Positions 1 to 9,947 of a DNA stretch of 64,000 nucleotides are shown in pieces. Origin of the DNA: an uncultured Candidatus Rokubacteria bacterium (GTDB taxonomy: Bacteria; Methylomirabilota; Methylomirabilia; Rokubacteriales; DASRDR01). The notes beneath the pieces were generated by a model. It ran no database searches and was not told the origin of the DNA. It saw nothing but the letters and a program-made list of their open reading frames with translations. Positions within the stretch are counted from its first letter, which is position 1, and every line of letters begins with the position of its first letter. The stretch lies in NCBI GenBank assembly GCA_963805625.1, contig CAWDVE010000010.1, positions 96,001 through 160,000 of the forward strand, read 5' to 3'. The translations under genes were made by a program, and so were the position numbers.

Positions 1-1309
1 CCAGGGCAAGGGCAATATCCTTGCAGGCCTGTTCGGGATACTGATCCCGGACAAGGGCAAGGAAGAGGGTACGTTCCGGGGCTTCACTCCGGTCGCCGAC
101 TCCCGCTACTGCCGGCAGGTGACGGATGAGGGATTCGATTTTCGGATTAATCAACCGGGCGATTTCGGTTCCCAGCATGCCCGCCGTAATGCCGAAGTCT
201 CCACCGACATGGTAGGGATTGACATGTGCTTTGAGGTACTTGTCTATCGTGCCGTCAGGGTGGTGATGGTCGATCACGACAAAGGGTATGTCATACACGC
301 TTGCGATCTTGTACGCAGGTTCATCCTCCTCGGTAGATCCGTTATCGGTCAGGAGAACCAGCGGCATTTTCTGACCGTACCTGATATGGTCCTTCAGCGA
401 AAAATCAAGGTCACGGGTGATATCTTCAATCTCGTAAAACGGAGCCTTCGACGGGGCCCGTTTGAAGAGGAAGTGATCCGCATCAAAGTCACCCCCGCTC
501 TCCCTGATAAGAGAGACAACGGCCTGCTCTATTGCCACTGCCGAACAGATCCCATCAGCATCAGCGTGATGACGAAGGATGATAGGCTGGGACGTGAAGA
601 TCGCCTTTCTGATTATTTTTGCGACCTTCTTCATTTCAGGGCGGAGTTTTTCCATGACCTCGCTTTGCACGAGCAGGGGTATATCATCGGGTTCCGATCG
701 TGCTTCCAGCGCTTTTTCTATCCGTATTTTAACCGCGGCTGCATCTTCATCCCTGAGGATGGACAATGAATCGACTTCGATTTGCAACTGGTTGTTGCGC
801 ATCATCACTTCGCCGATGATTTTGACGATGTCGTCCAGTTCGGCTTCCGGGTATGCCCGGACTCCGGCTTCGACAAATGCTGCTGCATTCTGAGTCCCGG
901 TCTCATCCACAACAGTAAATATTGTCGGACCGCTTGTCTGTTTGATCTGGGCGATCTCCCCTTCGATTGCGACGGTCTTCCCGACTTTGCTGGTCAGGTC
1001 CGCGATATTCACGGTCGTTGACTTGCGGTCGACGTTCTGCACCTGATACACCTGGACAAGGACTTCTTCCAGATCAATATTGCCGTTCGGGCGGATCTGG
1101 CGAACCCTGACGAGGATAGGATCCCGTTCCTTATGTTCTGCCTTGATATTGCTCTTGTGCACCAGACCCTTGATCCGGTCGTTGATCTGGGCAAACATCC
1201 CGAACGTTGCAAAACCCTGTACTTTTGCCTGGTATATCTTTCCTTCTTCCACATCGGAGAGGTCGCATCCTGCGCCAAGCCGATAGACTATGACATCGTT
1301 ATTTTCCAT
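1..1309 (-). CDS. Archaea-type RecJ-like DHH phosphoesterase with N-terminal S1/OB folds (3' end outside window)
   Basis: Manual minus-strand translation from ATG 1309: MENNDVIVYRLG...QIKQTSGPTIF...LRHHADADG...LTDNGST...VIDHHHPD. It is absent from the ORF track because it has no stop in the window. Confidence 0.85.
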   Translation of the reverse strand, partial: MENNDVIVYRLGAGCDLSDVEEGKIYQAKVQGFATFGMFAQINDRIKGLVHKSNIKAEHKERDPILVRVRQIRPNGNIDLEEVLVQVYQVQNVDRKSTTVNIADLTSKVGKTVAIEGEIAQIKQTSGPTIFTVVDETGTQNAAAFVEAGVRAYPEAELDDIVKIIGEVMMRNNQLQIEVDSLSILRDEDAAAVKIRIEKALEARSEPDDIPLLVQSEVMEKLRPEMKKVAKIIRKAIFTSQPIILRHHADADGICSAVAIEQAVVSLIRESGGDFDADHFLFKRAPSKAPFYEIEDITRDLDFSLKDHIRYGQKMPLVLLTDNGSTEEDEPAYKIASVYDIPFVVIDHHHPDGTIDKYLKAHVNPYHVGGDFGITAGMLGTEIARLINPKIESLIRHLPAVAGVGDRSEAPERTLFLALVRDQYPEQACKDIALAL

Positions 1310-1595
1310 AATTTTTTTCTCACCACACACAGCGAAGCGTATCTGGTGCCTGCATGGGAGATTTCTCCCTGCGGCAACGTTGCATAACGAACCAGAGCTG
1401 ATGGATTATCATTGGGTGTAGTGACGTTTAAGTCCATGGTATCAGGCATCACCTGCCACGATATCTGCTGTACCCTTGCAGGATCCAGGTCACGGTCTCT
1501 TCCTGAATTCGGGGGATAGTCACATCCCGGGCGAACTAAAAACTCATTTTTATTGTATAATCCTGTTCACTCAGACTCTCCCGGGAATTCGCCAT

Positions 1596-1996
1596 TGGCT
1601 CGTCCCCGCTGCTGTGGCATCCCATCTGGAGCGATAATTCCAGATAAGGTAATACAACACCATCGCAAAAGCGCAGGGGCGGTTCGGGGGGACAGGCACT
1701 GTCCCCTCCGATACCAGGTGATTCCCAATTTGTTGAAATCTCAGGGTTTCCCATGAAAATTGCACAATTCTGGTATCTTCAGGAAGTGCTAATCCCGTTA
1801 TTGCGATGAATCTGCGCCGCCCCCGACGGGGCGCCCCCGCGGCGGATCAGTGTCTGTAAGTATATCTGCAAACACCACACTGCCCCGCCGTGCCTCGGAG
1901 AGGCCCTGAGGCGGGTGACCCTCCTGAAATTAGCATGGTTTAATGATTTTCATGGTTCGGGTGCGAACTCCCGTTCATGCCCGTTTCAACAGAGCC
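1596..1996 (+). mobile_element. Modular MITE-like repeat copy (left end eroded; module A in orientation 2)
   Basis: Ends in GTTTCAACAGAGCC (1983-1996) and is near-identical to the copies at 8845, 15219 and 19127. Confidence 0.8.
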
Positions 1997-2046
1997 ATGA
2001 TACCCTTAACTTAAAAAGAAAAAATGAAGAGATTTTGAGAATACCG

Positions 2047-2991
2047 CTAAATCTCATCCCGGAAACCGACTTCTATCATATCAAGATCATCGGGAGCGAT
2101 AATGGAGCCGGAGAATTTTTTCTTTGCATCGCCGATGTGTGCCTGCGCATCCGGGTATCGTGAACTGGTATGCACAAGGGCGAGGATCCGTGCATTGAGC
2201 ACCGTTGCGGCCTCACCTGCCTGTGCAGCGGTCGCATGGTAAAATTCTGCTCCCCGCTCTGCTTCAGACTCATCGTAGGTCGCATCATGGATCAGGATGT
2301 CCGCATTGCTGGCAATCTCCCGGATGCTCATATAATTGGCCCGGGTATCACCGGTATAGACAATTTTACGGCCTGGTCGTGAAGTGCCCATGACCTGTTC
2401 AGGCCGGATCTCACGGGCATCATCACCAGATCCCAGGCGTATAACCTCTCCCCGCTGCAGCCTGCCAAAGAGCGGGCCGGGAGGGACACCCAGTTCAATT
2501 GCACGTTCGCGATTGAACCGTCCCGGGCGGGGGTCTTCTTCGAGCACATACCCGAGCGCAGGAAGCCCGTGTTTGGCAGCAAATGCAGTAACCGTGTAGC
2601 CGTCAAACCGCACCCAGGAACCATGCACCAGTTCGACAGACTCCAGGGTGAACTTCAGGTTGAACCGTGCGACCTGCCGGAGGATCGTGACACATTCATG
2701 CACCCATTCCGGGCCGTAGATGGTAAGTGGTTCAGTCCGCCCGTTGAATGACATGGTCTGGACAAGCCCGAAAAGACCAAGAAAGTGATCTGCATGCCAG
2801 TGTGAGATAAAAACGGCATTCACGATAAAGCCGCATCGCGAACGCATCATCTGCTGCTGGGCACCTTCACCGCAGTCAAAAAGGAGCGTATCAGACCCGC
2901 GGCGGATCATGATACAGGGCGGGTTGCGCAGGGGAGTCGGGAGCGCCCCTGCAGTCCCGAGAAAATAGACCTGGAGGGTCTCGCCGCTCAT
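2047..2991 (-). CDS. rnz: Ribonuclease Z
   Basis: FLGTAGALP, DCGEG, HWHADH metallo-beta-lactamase motif, GVPPGP exosite, HDAT and HTSSRY. Confidence 0.95.
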   Translation of the reverse strand: MSGETLQVYFLGTAGALPTPLRNPPCIMIRRGSDTLLFDCGEGAQQQMMRSRCGFIVNAVFISHWHADHFLGLFGLVQTMSFNGRTEPLTIYGPEWVHECVTILRQVARFNLKFTLESVELVHGSWVRFDGYTVTAFAAKHGLPALGYVLEEDPRPGRFNRERAIELGVPPGPLFGRLQRGEVIRLGSGDDAREIRPEQVMGTSRPGRKIVYTGDTRANYMSIREIASNADILIHDATYDESEAERGAEFYHATAAQAGEAATVLNARILALVHTSSRYPDAQAHIGDAKKKFSGSIIAPDDLDMIEVGFRDEI

Positions 2992-3761
2992 TGAAAATAT
3001 CTCCTGAATACCGCGAGACTCTTCTTTGCCTCCTCAATTGAACGTCCTTCGATGACCACAATGCCGTTGTATTTTTCGGCAATCGTTTTTCCGACTACCG
3101 GCCAGGGAATAGTCCCGTCACCAAGTGCAAGGTGCTGATCGGACATGCCGTTGTTGTCATGGATATGTATGTGATGGGCTTTGTCCACATGCCGGAGGAA
3201 ATTATCAACATTCCCGATAGTGTTGGCATGCCCGAAATCAAAGGTCATGCCGATACCCTCAATCCCTTCCGTCATCCCTATCAGTTCATCGGGAACACGG
3301 CAGAGGAATTCCTTAACCCCGATCATATTTTCAAGACAGGCAAGTACGGAGTGCTCCTGTGCATATTTCCCAATCTGCCTGAGCGCTTCCTTCTGGAGAT
3401 CCCAGACCTTCTGGGGCATCAGCTTGCCGACAGGAGACAGGTAACCGGGATGGATGGTAACCCGGTCGGTGAGCTCTGATGCGTGCTCGATACAGGTGCA
3501 GATCTGTCGTATTGATTCATGCCAGATCGGATCGTTGAGCGTTGCAAGGTTCAGGTCGCCGTAGGGTGCATGAACGGTCACGTTAAGCCGGGTGGCCGCG
3601 ATCACCTCCTCAATTTTGGAAAAACAGGCCGGGTTATCGAGCCGGTAGTTCCCATCGCAGACAATTTCCCACCCCTCGTATCCTGCATCCCCGATACCAT
3701 ACACCCAGGAGATATCTTCCCAGACCTTTGCAGATGAGGAGAAATAGGGTTTGAGTGTCAT
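2988..3761 (-). CDS. Sugar phosphate isomerase/epimerase (xylose isomerase-like TIM barrel)
   Basis: VHAP, TIHPG, LENM, DFGHA and HIHDN...DQHL motifs. Confidence 0.85.
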   Translation of the reverse strand: MTLKPYFSSSAKVWEDISWVYGIGDAGYEGWEIVCDGNYRLDNPACFSKIEEVIAATRLNVTVHAPYGDLNLATLNDPIWHESIRQICTCIEHASELTDRVTIHPGYLSPVGKLMPQKVWDLQKEALRQIGKYAQEHSVLACLENMIGVKEFLCRVPDELIGMTEGIEGIGMTFDFGHANTIGNVDNFLRHVDKAHHIHIHDNNGMSDQHLALGDGTIPWPVVGKTIAEKYNGIVVIEGRSIEEAKKSLAVFRRYFQ

Positions 3762-4306
3762 GGATCGCCCCGGATCCCGTCAAGGAGTTTGTGCACGGCC
3801 ACAGAAAATTCATCGAGGGTACCGTTGTTCTCTATCCGGAGGTCAGCCAGTTCCAGAGCCCTGCCAAGACCCCACCCAAGCTCCCGTTCGTCCCGGGTGC
3901 GGAGTTCCCCAGCGGTCTGGAAATCATCCGAACGGCCCCGTGCCACAACCCGCGACAACCGGTTCCCGAATGAAGAATCGATCCTTACCAGCGTGAACCC
4001 GGGGAAAACCTTCCGGAACAGCTTCACTTCAGCGTCTCCCCGGATGCCATCGATGAGGACAAGCGGAGCCGTCTGGCGCCCGACTTCCGGTATGCAGAGC
4101 TGCCCGATCGCGTCCATGCCCCGTTCGGCTCTGAGCCGGTTTGCCGTGGCTCCGAAATTGGTATCGGTAGGTTCCAGTCCTGACGCTTTCACCGCGTTCC
4201 GGATCATATCTCCCATGACGACGACAGGTATACCCATCTCGGATGCGATCCTCGCAAACTCGCCTTTTCCGCTTGCGGGCATACCGACAACTCCGATCAC
4301 TTTCAT
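3758..4306 (-). CDS. P-loop kinase, dephospho-CoA kinase-like (UPF0200)
   Basis: N-terminal GMPASGKG Walker A, DGIR and RGRSDD...RDERE. Confidence 0.8.
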   Translation of the reverse strand: MKVIGVVGMPASGKGEFARIASEMGIPVVVMGDMIRNAVKASGLEPTDTNFGATANRLRAERGMDAIGQLCIPEVGRQTAPLVLIDGIRGDAEVKLFRKVFPGFTLVRIDSSFGNRLSRVVARGRSDDFQTAGELRTRDERELGWGLGRALELADLRIENNGTLDEFSVAVHKLLDGIRGDP

Positions 4307-5091
4307 GGACCCTCTCTGCCTTTATAAATAATTTCTCCCACCTCGCGTGTTCGTATCCTGACCTTTCTTCCTAGTTTGTCCGCAATTCGTTTAATCTCAT
4401 CTAATGTCAGCGGATGATAATTTTCCTGGAGTTGCCGCTTCTTTTCCCTGTATTCCCCTTCCGTCATATTCAGGGGGGGAGTTGTCAGCCGTAACATTTT
4501 GTGTTCACCCTGCTGGAGGACAAGAGGCACCTTACCAATGAGTTCCGAAATTTCTTCAATATATTCTTCGTTTTCGTAAAAAATGGTAATTACAACCTCG
4601 AATTCCGCAAGAATATTTCTGGCGTAAGCATTTTTACAAAGATTAAAAGATTTACGGACATTTCTCTCGTAATTTTCAAAATTAAAACCGCTTTCCTGGT
4701 GACCTGAATATCCTTCAAAGCGCGACTTGAAGTCCAGTGCAACTTTATCAACCAGTCGTTCTTCAAGTAACTGACCCAGCGTGTCAGGAAACAGGCCATT
4801 TGTCTGAATACCGACATCAAGGTTAATCCCTTTTGAATACCGGGCTAATTCCATCAGAGCTTCCCGTTGCCTTGTTGGTTCCCCTCCGGAAAACATAACG
4901 CCGCTGATATAGGGTGACGAAGATGTAATCATCTCTTTGATCTCTTCCAGATCCCGAAAATCTTCCCCGGTAAGAATACCTTCGTTCTGGCAATAGGAAC
5001 AGCGTATCGGGCAACCGCGGAAAAAAACTGTACAGACCGCACGCCCTCTCCAGTCTATCGTTGAGAGAGGGATAAAGCCCCCGAAATTCAT
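4303..5091 (-). CDS. Radical SAM activase, anaerobic ribonucleotide reductase activating-type
   Basis: STIDW, GCPIRCSYCQN (CxxxCxxC), SGGEP and QTNG. Confidence 0.85.
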   Translation of the reverse strand: MNFGGFIPLSTIDWRGRAVCTVFFRGCPIRCSYCQNEGILTGEDFRDLEEIKEMITSSSPYISGVMFSGGEPTRQREALMELARYSKGINLDVGIQTNGLFPDTLGQLLEERLVDKVALDFKSRFEGYSGHQESGFNFENYERNVRKSFNLCKNAYARNILAEFEVVITIFYENEEYIEEISELIGKVPLVLQQGEHKMLRLTTPPLNMTEGEYREKKRQLQENYHPLTLDEIKRIADKLGRKVRIRTREVGEIIYKGREGP

Positions 5092-5234
5092 GTGAATGGT
5101 CCATCACCGTGCCGTTTCTATCGAGAGATTATATGGAGCAATGCCGGGTAGTGTATCGCTCTCTACAATTATGACTACCATCCCATAATGCTGGCGATAC
5201 AGCATAGGGAACAGAACCAGAAAAAAAGTATTGA

Positions 5235-6513
5235 TCAAAACTGGAAATGCCGGTTGACGATCTTGATCGCACAGTAATCCCCGCACATGGTGCAGGCATC
5301 GGTATCTGCCGGCATCCGTTCTCTTCCGGATCGCCCGTGCACGGGGAGGGTTGATGGCAACGGCAAACTGGCGTTCCCAGTCAAGGTCGCGGCGGGCATG
5401 TCCCATTTCGAGGTCTGCCTGGCGGGTCTTTTTGAGCTTGATCATATCCCCGACATGAGCAGCAATTCGTGAGCTGATAACGCCTTCATAGACCTCGGCC
5501 GGAGTCGGGAGTGCGAGATGTTCCGCCGGTGTCACATAACAGATAAAATCAGCCCCCAGTGAGGAGGAGATTGCGGCACCGATGGCAGCTACACGGTCGT
5601 CATACCCGGGGGCGATGTCCGTGACGATGGGGCCGAGCATGTAGAACGGTTTGTTGTTGGTCACACGTTTCATGAGCATGACATTTGCGGCAATTTCATC
5701 GATGGGCACGTGCCCGGGTCCTTCAACAATCACCTGCACGCCCTCTTTATGTGCCTTGTCGGCCAGCTCCGCATTGATGAGAAGCTCCTGGACGGCTGCA
5801 CGGTCGGTGGCATCATGGACAGCGCCTGCCCGCATGCCGTTTCCCATCGAGAGTGTTACCTCGTGTTCCTTCATGATCTCGAGCAGGTAATCGAATTCGG
5901 AATACAGGGGGTTCTCTTTTTCATTGTGGAGCATCCACGCGGTCATGAATGCCCCGCCACGGGAGACCAGTCCCGCATGCCGGCCCTGGTTTTTGAGACG
6001 CTTGACGGTCTCAAAGTTGATACCGGTGTGGATTGCCATGAAGTTGGTGCCCAGTTTTGCCTGTTCGGCCGTAATCCGGAACAGGTCGTCTTCCTTCATG
6101 TTGACGACAGCACCATCTTTCTGTGCCGCTTCAATGAATGCCTGGTAGAGGGGAACGCAGCCGACAGAAAGTTTTGTGCTGGCAATGACCTGTTTCCGGA
6201 TCTCGATGAAATCACCGCCGGTCGAAAGTTCCATCAGGGTATCGGCCCCGGCAAGTTCTGCCTGCCGCGCCTTTTCCAGTTCCTGGGGGATATCAACAAT
6301 ATCCGTTGAGGTGCCTATGGATGCGTTGACCTTCGTGCGCAGTCCTTCGCCAATGCCGCATATCTTGACCTTCCGATAAGGAGAAACGGGGATGACGATG
6401 TGTCCTTCTGCCACTCCGCGCCGGACAAAGTCTTCTGTAACTCCTTCCTGCGCTGCAACGATCTTCATCTCTTCTGTGACGATACCATTCCTGGCATCTG
6501 TAACAATACTCAT
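5235..6513 (-). CDS. thiC: Phosphomethylpyrimidine synthase (frameshift near 5320)
   Basis: [19 protein letters not shown] and YVTPAEH. The C-terminal CTMCGDYC...RHFQF* lies in another frame and ends at 5235. A BzaA/B/F-type paralogue cannot be excluded. Confidence 0.88.
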
Positions 6514-6835
6514 ACCATACCCGTTGCCATAAAGACAAGATAAAGGCTCGGTTTTTTAATTCTGAACTAAATCTGGCTTGTTATGGAAACAAGTAAAGTT
6601 GAGTTGTGCTAAGTAAAAAAATATTTGTATCCTGATGGATTTTTGTTTACACGATCAGAAATCTACCATGAAATGTGTTCTCCATCCGGGTTACAGGCAA
6701 AGACGCAGACATACCCCGGAAGCATATTAACCACCATGCGGCTAAAGGAAAGTGTAAGTGCAAAGACCTTGCCGTGGTCTGAACTATCCCTATGGCACCT
6801 GCAGAATCCCCACGTTTGTAAAGAGATTGTAGCGG

Positions 6836-8837
6836 TTGCCGGAAGGCGGTACCGTGGTGGCAAAGGACTCGTGGAACTGGGAAGACATCCGTGCCCGTGC
6901 CCGGCACGCAATTATTGGCGCGAAAAAAAACGTTGAAGATCCCGGCATATTTCACAAGATTGCACTCTTCCCTCTCCTGGCCTGGATTGGTTTGGGGGCT
7001 GACGGAGTTTCATCCTCGTCATACGGACCTTCGGAGGCCTTCGTCGCCCTTGGTGATTACACCTATCTTGCGGTATTTCTTGGTCTGGGAACCGCTCTTA
7101 CCGTCTTCATCATCTCGTATGCGTACAGCCGTATTATCGAACATTTTCCCAGCGGCGGTGGCGGGTACATTGTCGCCAACCATACCATCGGTGAGCGTGC
7201 GGGGGTTGTCTCGGGCAGTGCCCTTCTGATCGATTATATGCTGACGATTACGGTCTCAATCGCAGCATGTGCTGAAGCAATTTTTTCTTTCCTGCCGTAT
7301 TCGTTCCAGCCGTACAAACTCATGGTTGCCTGCCTGCTCATCCTTATCCTGATTGAGATGAACCTGCGGGGAGTAAAAGAGTCGGTCACGGTACTCGCAC
7401 CAATCTTTCTTGTTTTCATCGGGGCACATGCCCTGCTGCTGGGCTATGGAATTTTTGCCCATGCCCCGCAGATTGCCCCGGTTGCTGTCGGGATACAGGC
7501 AGGACTTTCCCGCGATATTGCAGCGATCGGTTTTATCGGTGTGCTGGCAATTTTCCTGCGGGCATATTCACTGGGTGGTGGCACCTATACCGGGATTGAA
7601 GCAGTCGCCAACGGCATGCAGATTATGCGCGAGCCCCGGGTGAAGACCGGGAAGCGGACAATGCTCTACATGGCCATCTCCCTTGCCGTCCTTTCCTCAG
7701 GCCTCTTTGCCTGCTACCTCCTCTGGAATGTCCGCCCTGTCCCGGGCCAGACCCTGAATGCAGTACTCGCGAACAGCATTTTCAGCGGCTGGCCTTTGGG
7801 TGGGCTCATCGCCCTCATCACCATCTTTTCCGAAGCCGCCCTGCTGTTTGTGGCAGCCCAGACCGGGTTCATCGACGGCCCCCGGGTCATGGCAAATATG
7901 GCAATCGATTCATGGCTCCCCCGCTCGTTCGCGCTGCTGTCGGAGCGCCTCACGATGACCAACGGTATCCTGCTCATGGGGGGGTCAGCACTCTTTGTCA
8001 TGATTTTCACCCGGGGATCTGTCCTCATCCTGGTCACGATGTATGCGATCAACGTGTTTCTCACCTTCTCTATCTCGGAGTTCGGTATGTCCCGGTTTTT
8101 CTACAGGAACCGGGCAACAGAGAAGGACTGGAAGCGCCACATCCCCATCCATCTCATCGGTCTTGTATTGTGCAGCACCATCCTTGCCATCACCCTTTTT
8201 GAGAAGCTGGGTCAGGGAGGGTGGCTCACCCTCATGCTGACATCAGCACTTGTCGGGTCTCTGTTTCCTGATCCATGGGCATTATCAGCGGGTAACAAAA
8301 GGACTGAGGAAACTGGACTCACTTCTGGAAGTAATACCCGCGACCGGGGTAAAGAACACAAATCCTGTCAATCCCCATAAAATGACTGCGGTACAACTCG
8401 TTACCGGGTTTCATGGTTTTGGCGTCAATACGTTTTATTCGGTACTGAAAAATTTTCCGGGCGTATATGAAAATTTCATCTTTGTCTCAATTGCCGTCGT
8501 GGATTCCGGAACATTCAAAGGAACTGCGGAATTAAAGGCCCTTTCAGAATCAACAAGGAATTCACTTATCAGATACGTCGATCTTGCCAGGGAGATGGGT
8601 TTTACTGCCGACTACCGGATGGATATCGGCACTGATGTGGTAGAAACGGCAGTGCCGCTCTGTAAAAATATCGCACAGGAATTCCCGAATTCGACTTTCT
8701 TTACCGGGCAGATCGTGTTCCGTCATGAAAATCCCTTCCAGAAGATACTGCATAACGAGACCGCCTTTGCGATCCAGCGACGGTTGCAGTACAGCGGGAT
8801 TACGACGGTCATTATGCCGGTCCGTGCGGAAAAATAA
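6836..8837 (+). CDS. APC-family permease, KimA/YdaO-like K+ transporter (frameshift near 8256)
   Basis: GADGVSSSSYG, SGGGGY and TGIEAVANG motifs, many TM helices, and a cytoplasmic C-terminal domain with LHNET in the next frame. Confidence 0.8.
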
Positions 8838-8844
8838 ATTTTTT

Positions 8845-9294
8845 GGCTCTGTTGAAACCGAAATTTCAACAAATGACGAATCACCTGGTATCGAGGGACA
8901 GTGCCTGTCCCCCCGAACCGCCCCTGCGCTTGCGATGGTGTTGTATTACCTTCTCGGAATTATCGCTCCAGAGGGATGCCACATCGCGGGGCGGAGGCAT
9001 TACTGCCGTAGCCCAAAAAGGAGCGTTGAGAAAAATATTGTGAGGATTTCCCGTGAAAATTGAATTAAACAGACGTGCGTAGTGGAATGTTTATACTCTT
9101 AGTTTTTGCGATGAACCCCCGCCCCCGACGGGGCGCCCCCGCGGCGGATTAGTAACCGTAAGTATATTTGCAAACACCGCACTGCCCCGCCGTGCCTCGG
9201 AAGGCCTGAGGCGGGGGATCCTCCTGAAATTGCATGGTTTAATGATTTTCATGATTCGGGTGCGAACTCCGTTCATGCCCGTTTCAACAGAGCC
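8845..9294 (+). mobile_element. Complete 450-bp MITE-like element (module A in orientation 1)
   Basis: Perfect 14-bp terminal inverted repeats GGCTCTGTTGAAAC...GTTTCAACAGAGCC. Flanks AATTTTTT/AATTTTAT may be an 8-bp target duplication. No transposase is encoded. Confidence 0.88.
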
Positions 9295-9363
9295 AATTTT
9301 ATACAAGAACAAAGGCAGTTGCAGACCGTAGTGTAATCCTGATGAAACACCCCTGCCAGTGTT

Positions 9364-9733
9364 TTACCCTTTATACCGGTAGTATTTTTTCAGGGGTAAA
9401 TCCCTTGAATATATTTCATCAAAAAGAGAGTCATGCATCCAGTCCGTTGTTTCACCGGTAGATGACAGTGTCGTATAATGTCCGGATTCTATCTTTGTCC
9501 ATGTGCCATTATCAATCATTTGTTCGCGGTTTAAATAGAAATTTACGGAAACAAATGTCTGATTCTCATAAAAAATGATATGCAGGTCAGAGGCCGGCGG
9601 CTCCCCTCCAATCCACTGGCCGATAATGGGATCGGGAGTGTTACTAAGAATATGCATGCCCGGGCAACTGGGTGCACCCGGCTGTCATGATACAACAGAA
9701 GACTATTACGGCAATGAGATCCCGTGATCTCAT
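9364..9733 (-). CDS. Small putative lipoprotein (frameshift near 9662)
   Basis: MRSRDLIAVIVFCCIMTAGC signal/lipobox-like start joins ORF 9364-9657 (…DPIIGQW…) if one G is removed from CCCGGGC. Confidence 0.6.
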
Positions 9734-9890
9734 AGTTGACAATACATCTGTCTGACACGTTTAAGTTTTCCCTGGTTTACCCGACCAAGTGGCAGTAAAA
9801 ACGACACTTTTATGATACAATTACCCTATTGCAATTAAGTATTTGCGGAAGAGAAATGACAGCATGAGCAGGTATCAAATTCACATAAAT

Positions 9891-9923
9891 TTTTATACTC
9901 TACAACACTAACTTATGGTAAAT
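9891..9923 (+). promoter_or_regulatory. TATA box plus putative heat-shock operator CTAAC-N5-GTAAA of cdc48
   Basis: TTTTATA at 9891-9897, then CTAACTTATGGTAAAT 10 nt downstream. The same arrangement occurs at 12381-12414. Confidence 0.7.
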
Positions 9924-9947
9924 TATGAGCATAAGGAAGAATTTACG

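Noticed and set aside
6514-6640. TPP riboswitch upstream of thiC
   Set aside because: No CUGAGA or other TPP core motif was recognised.
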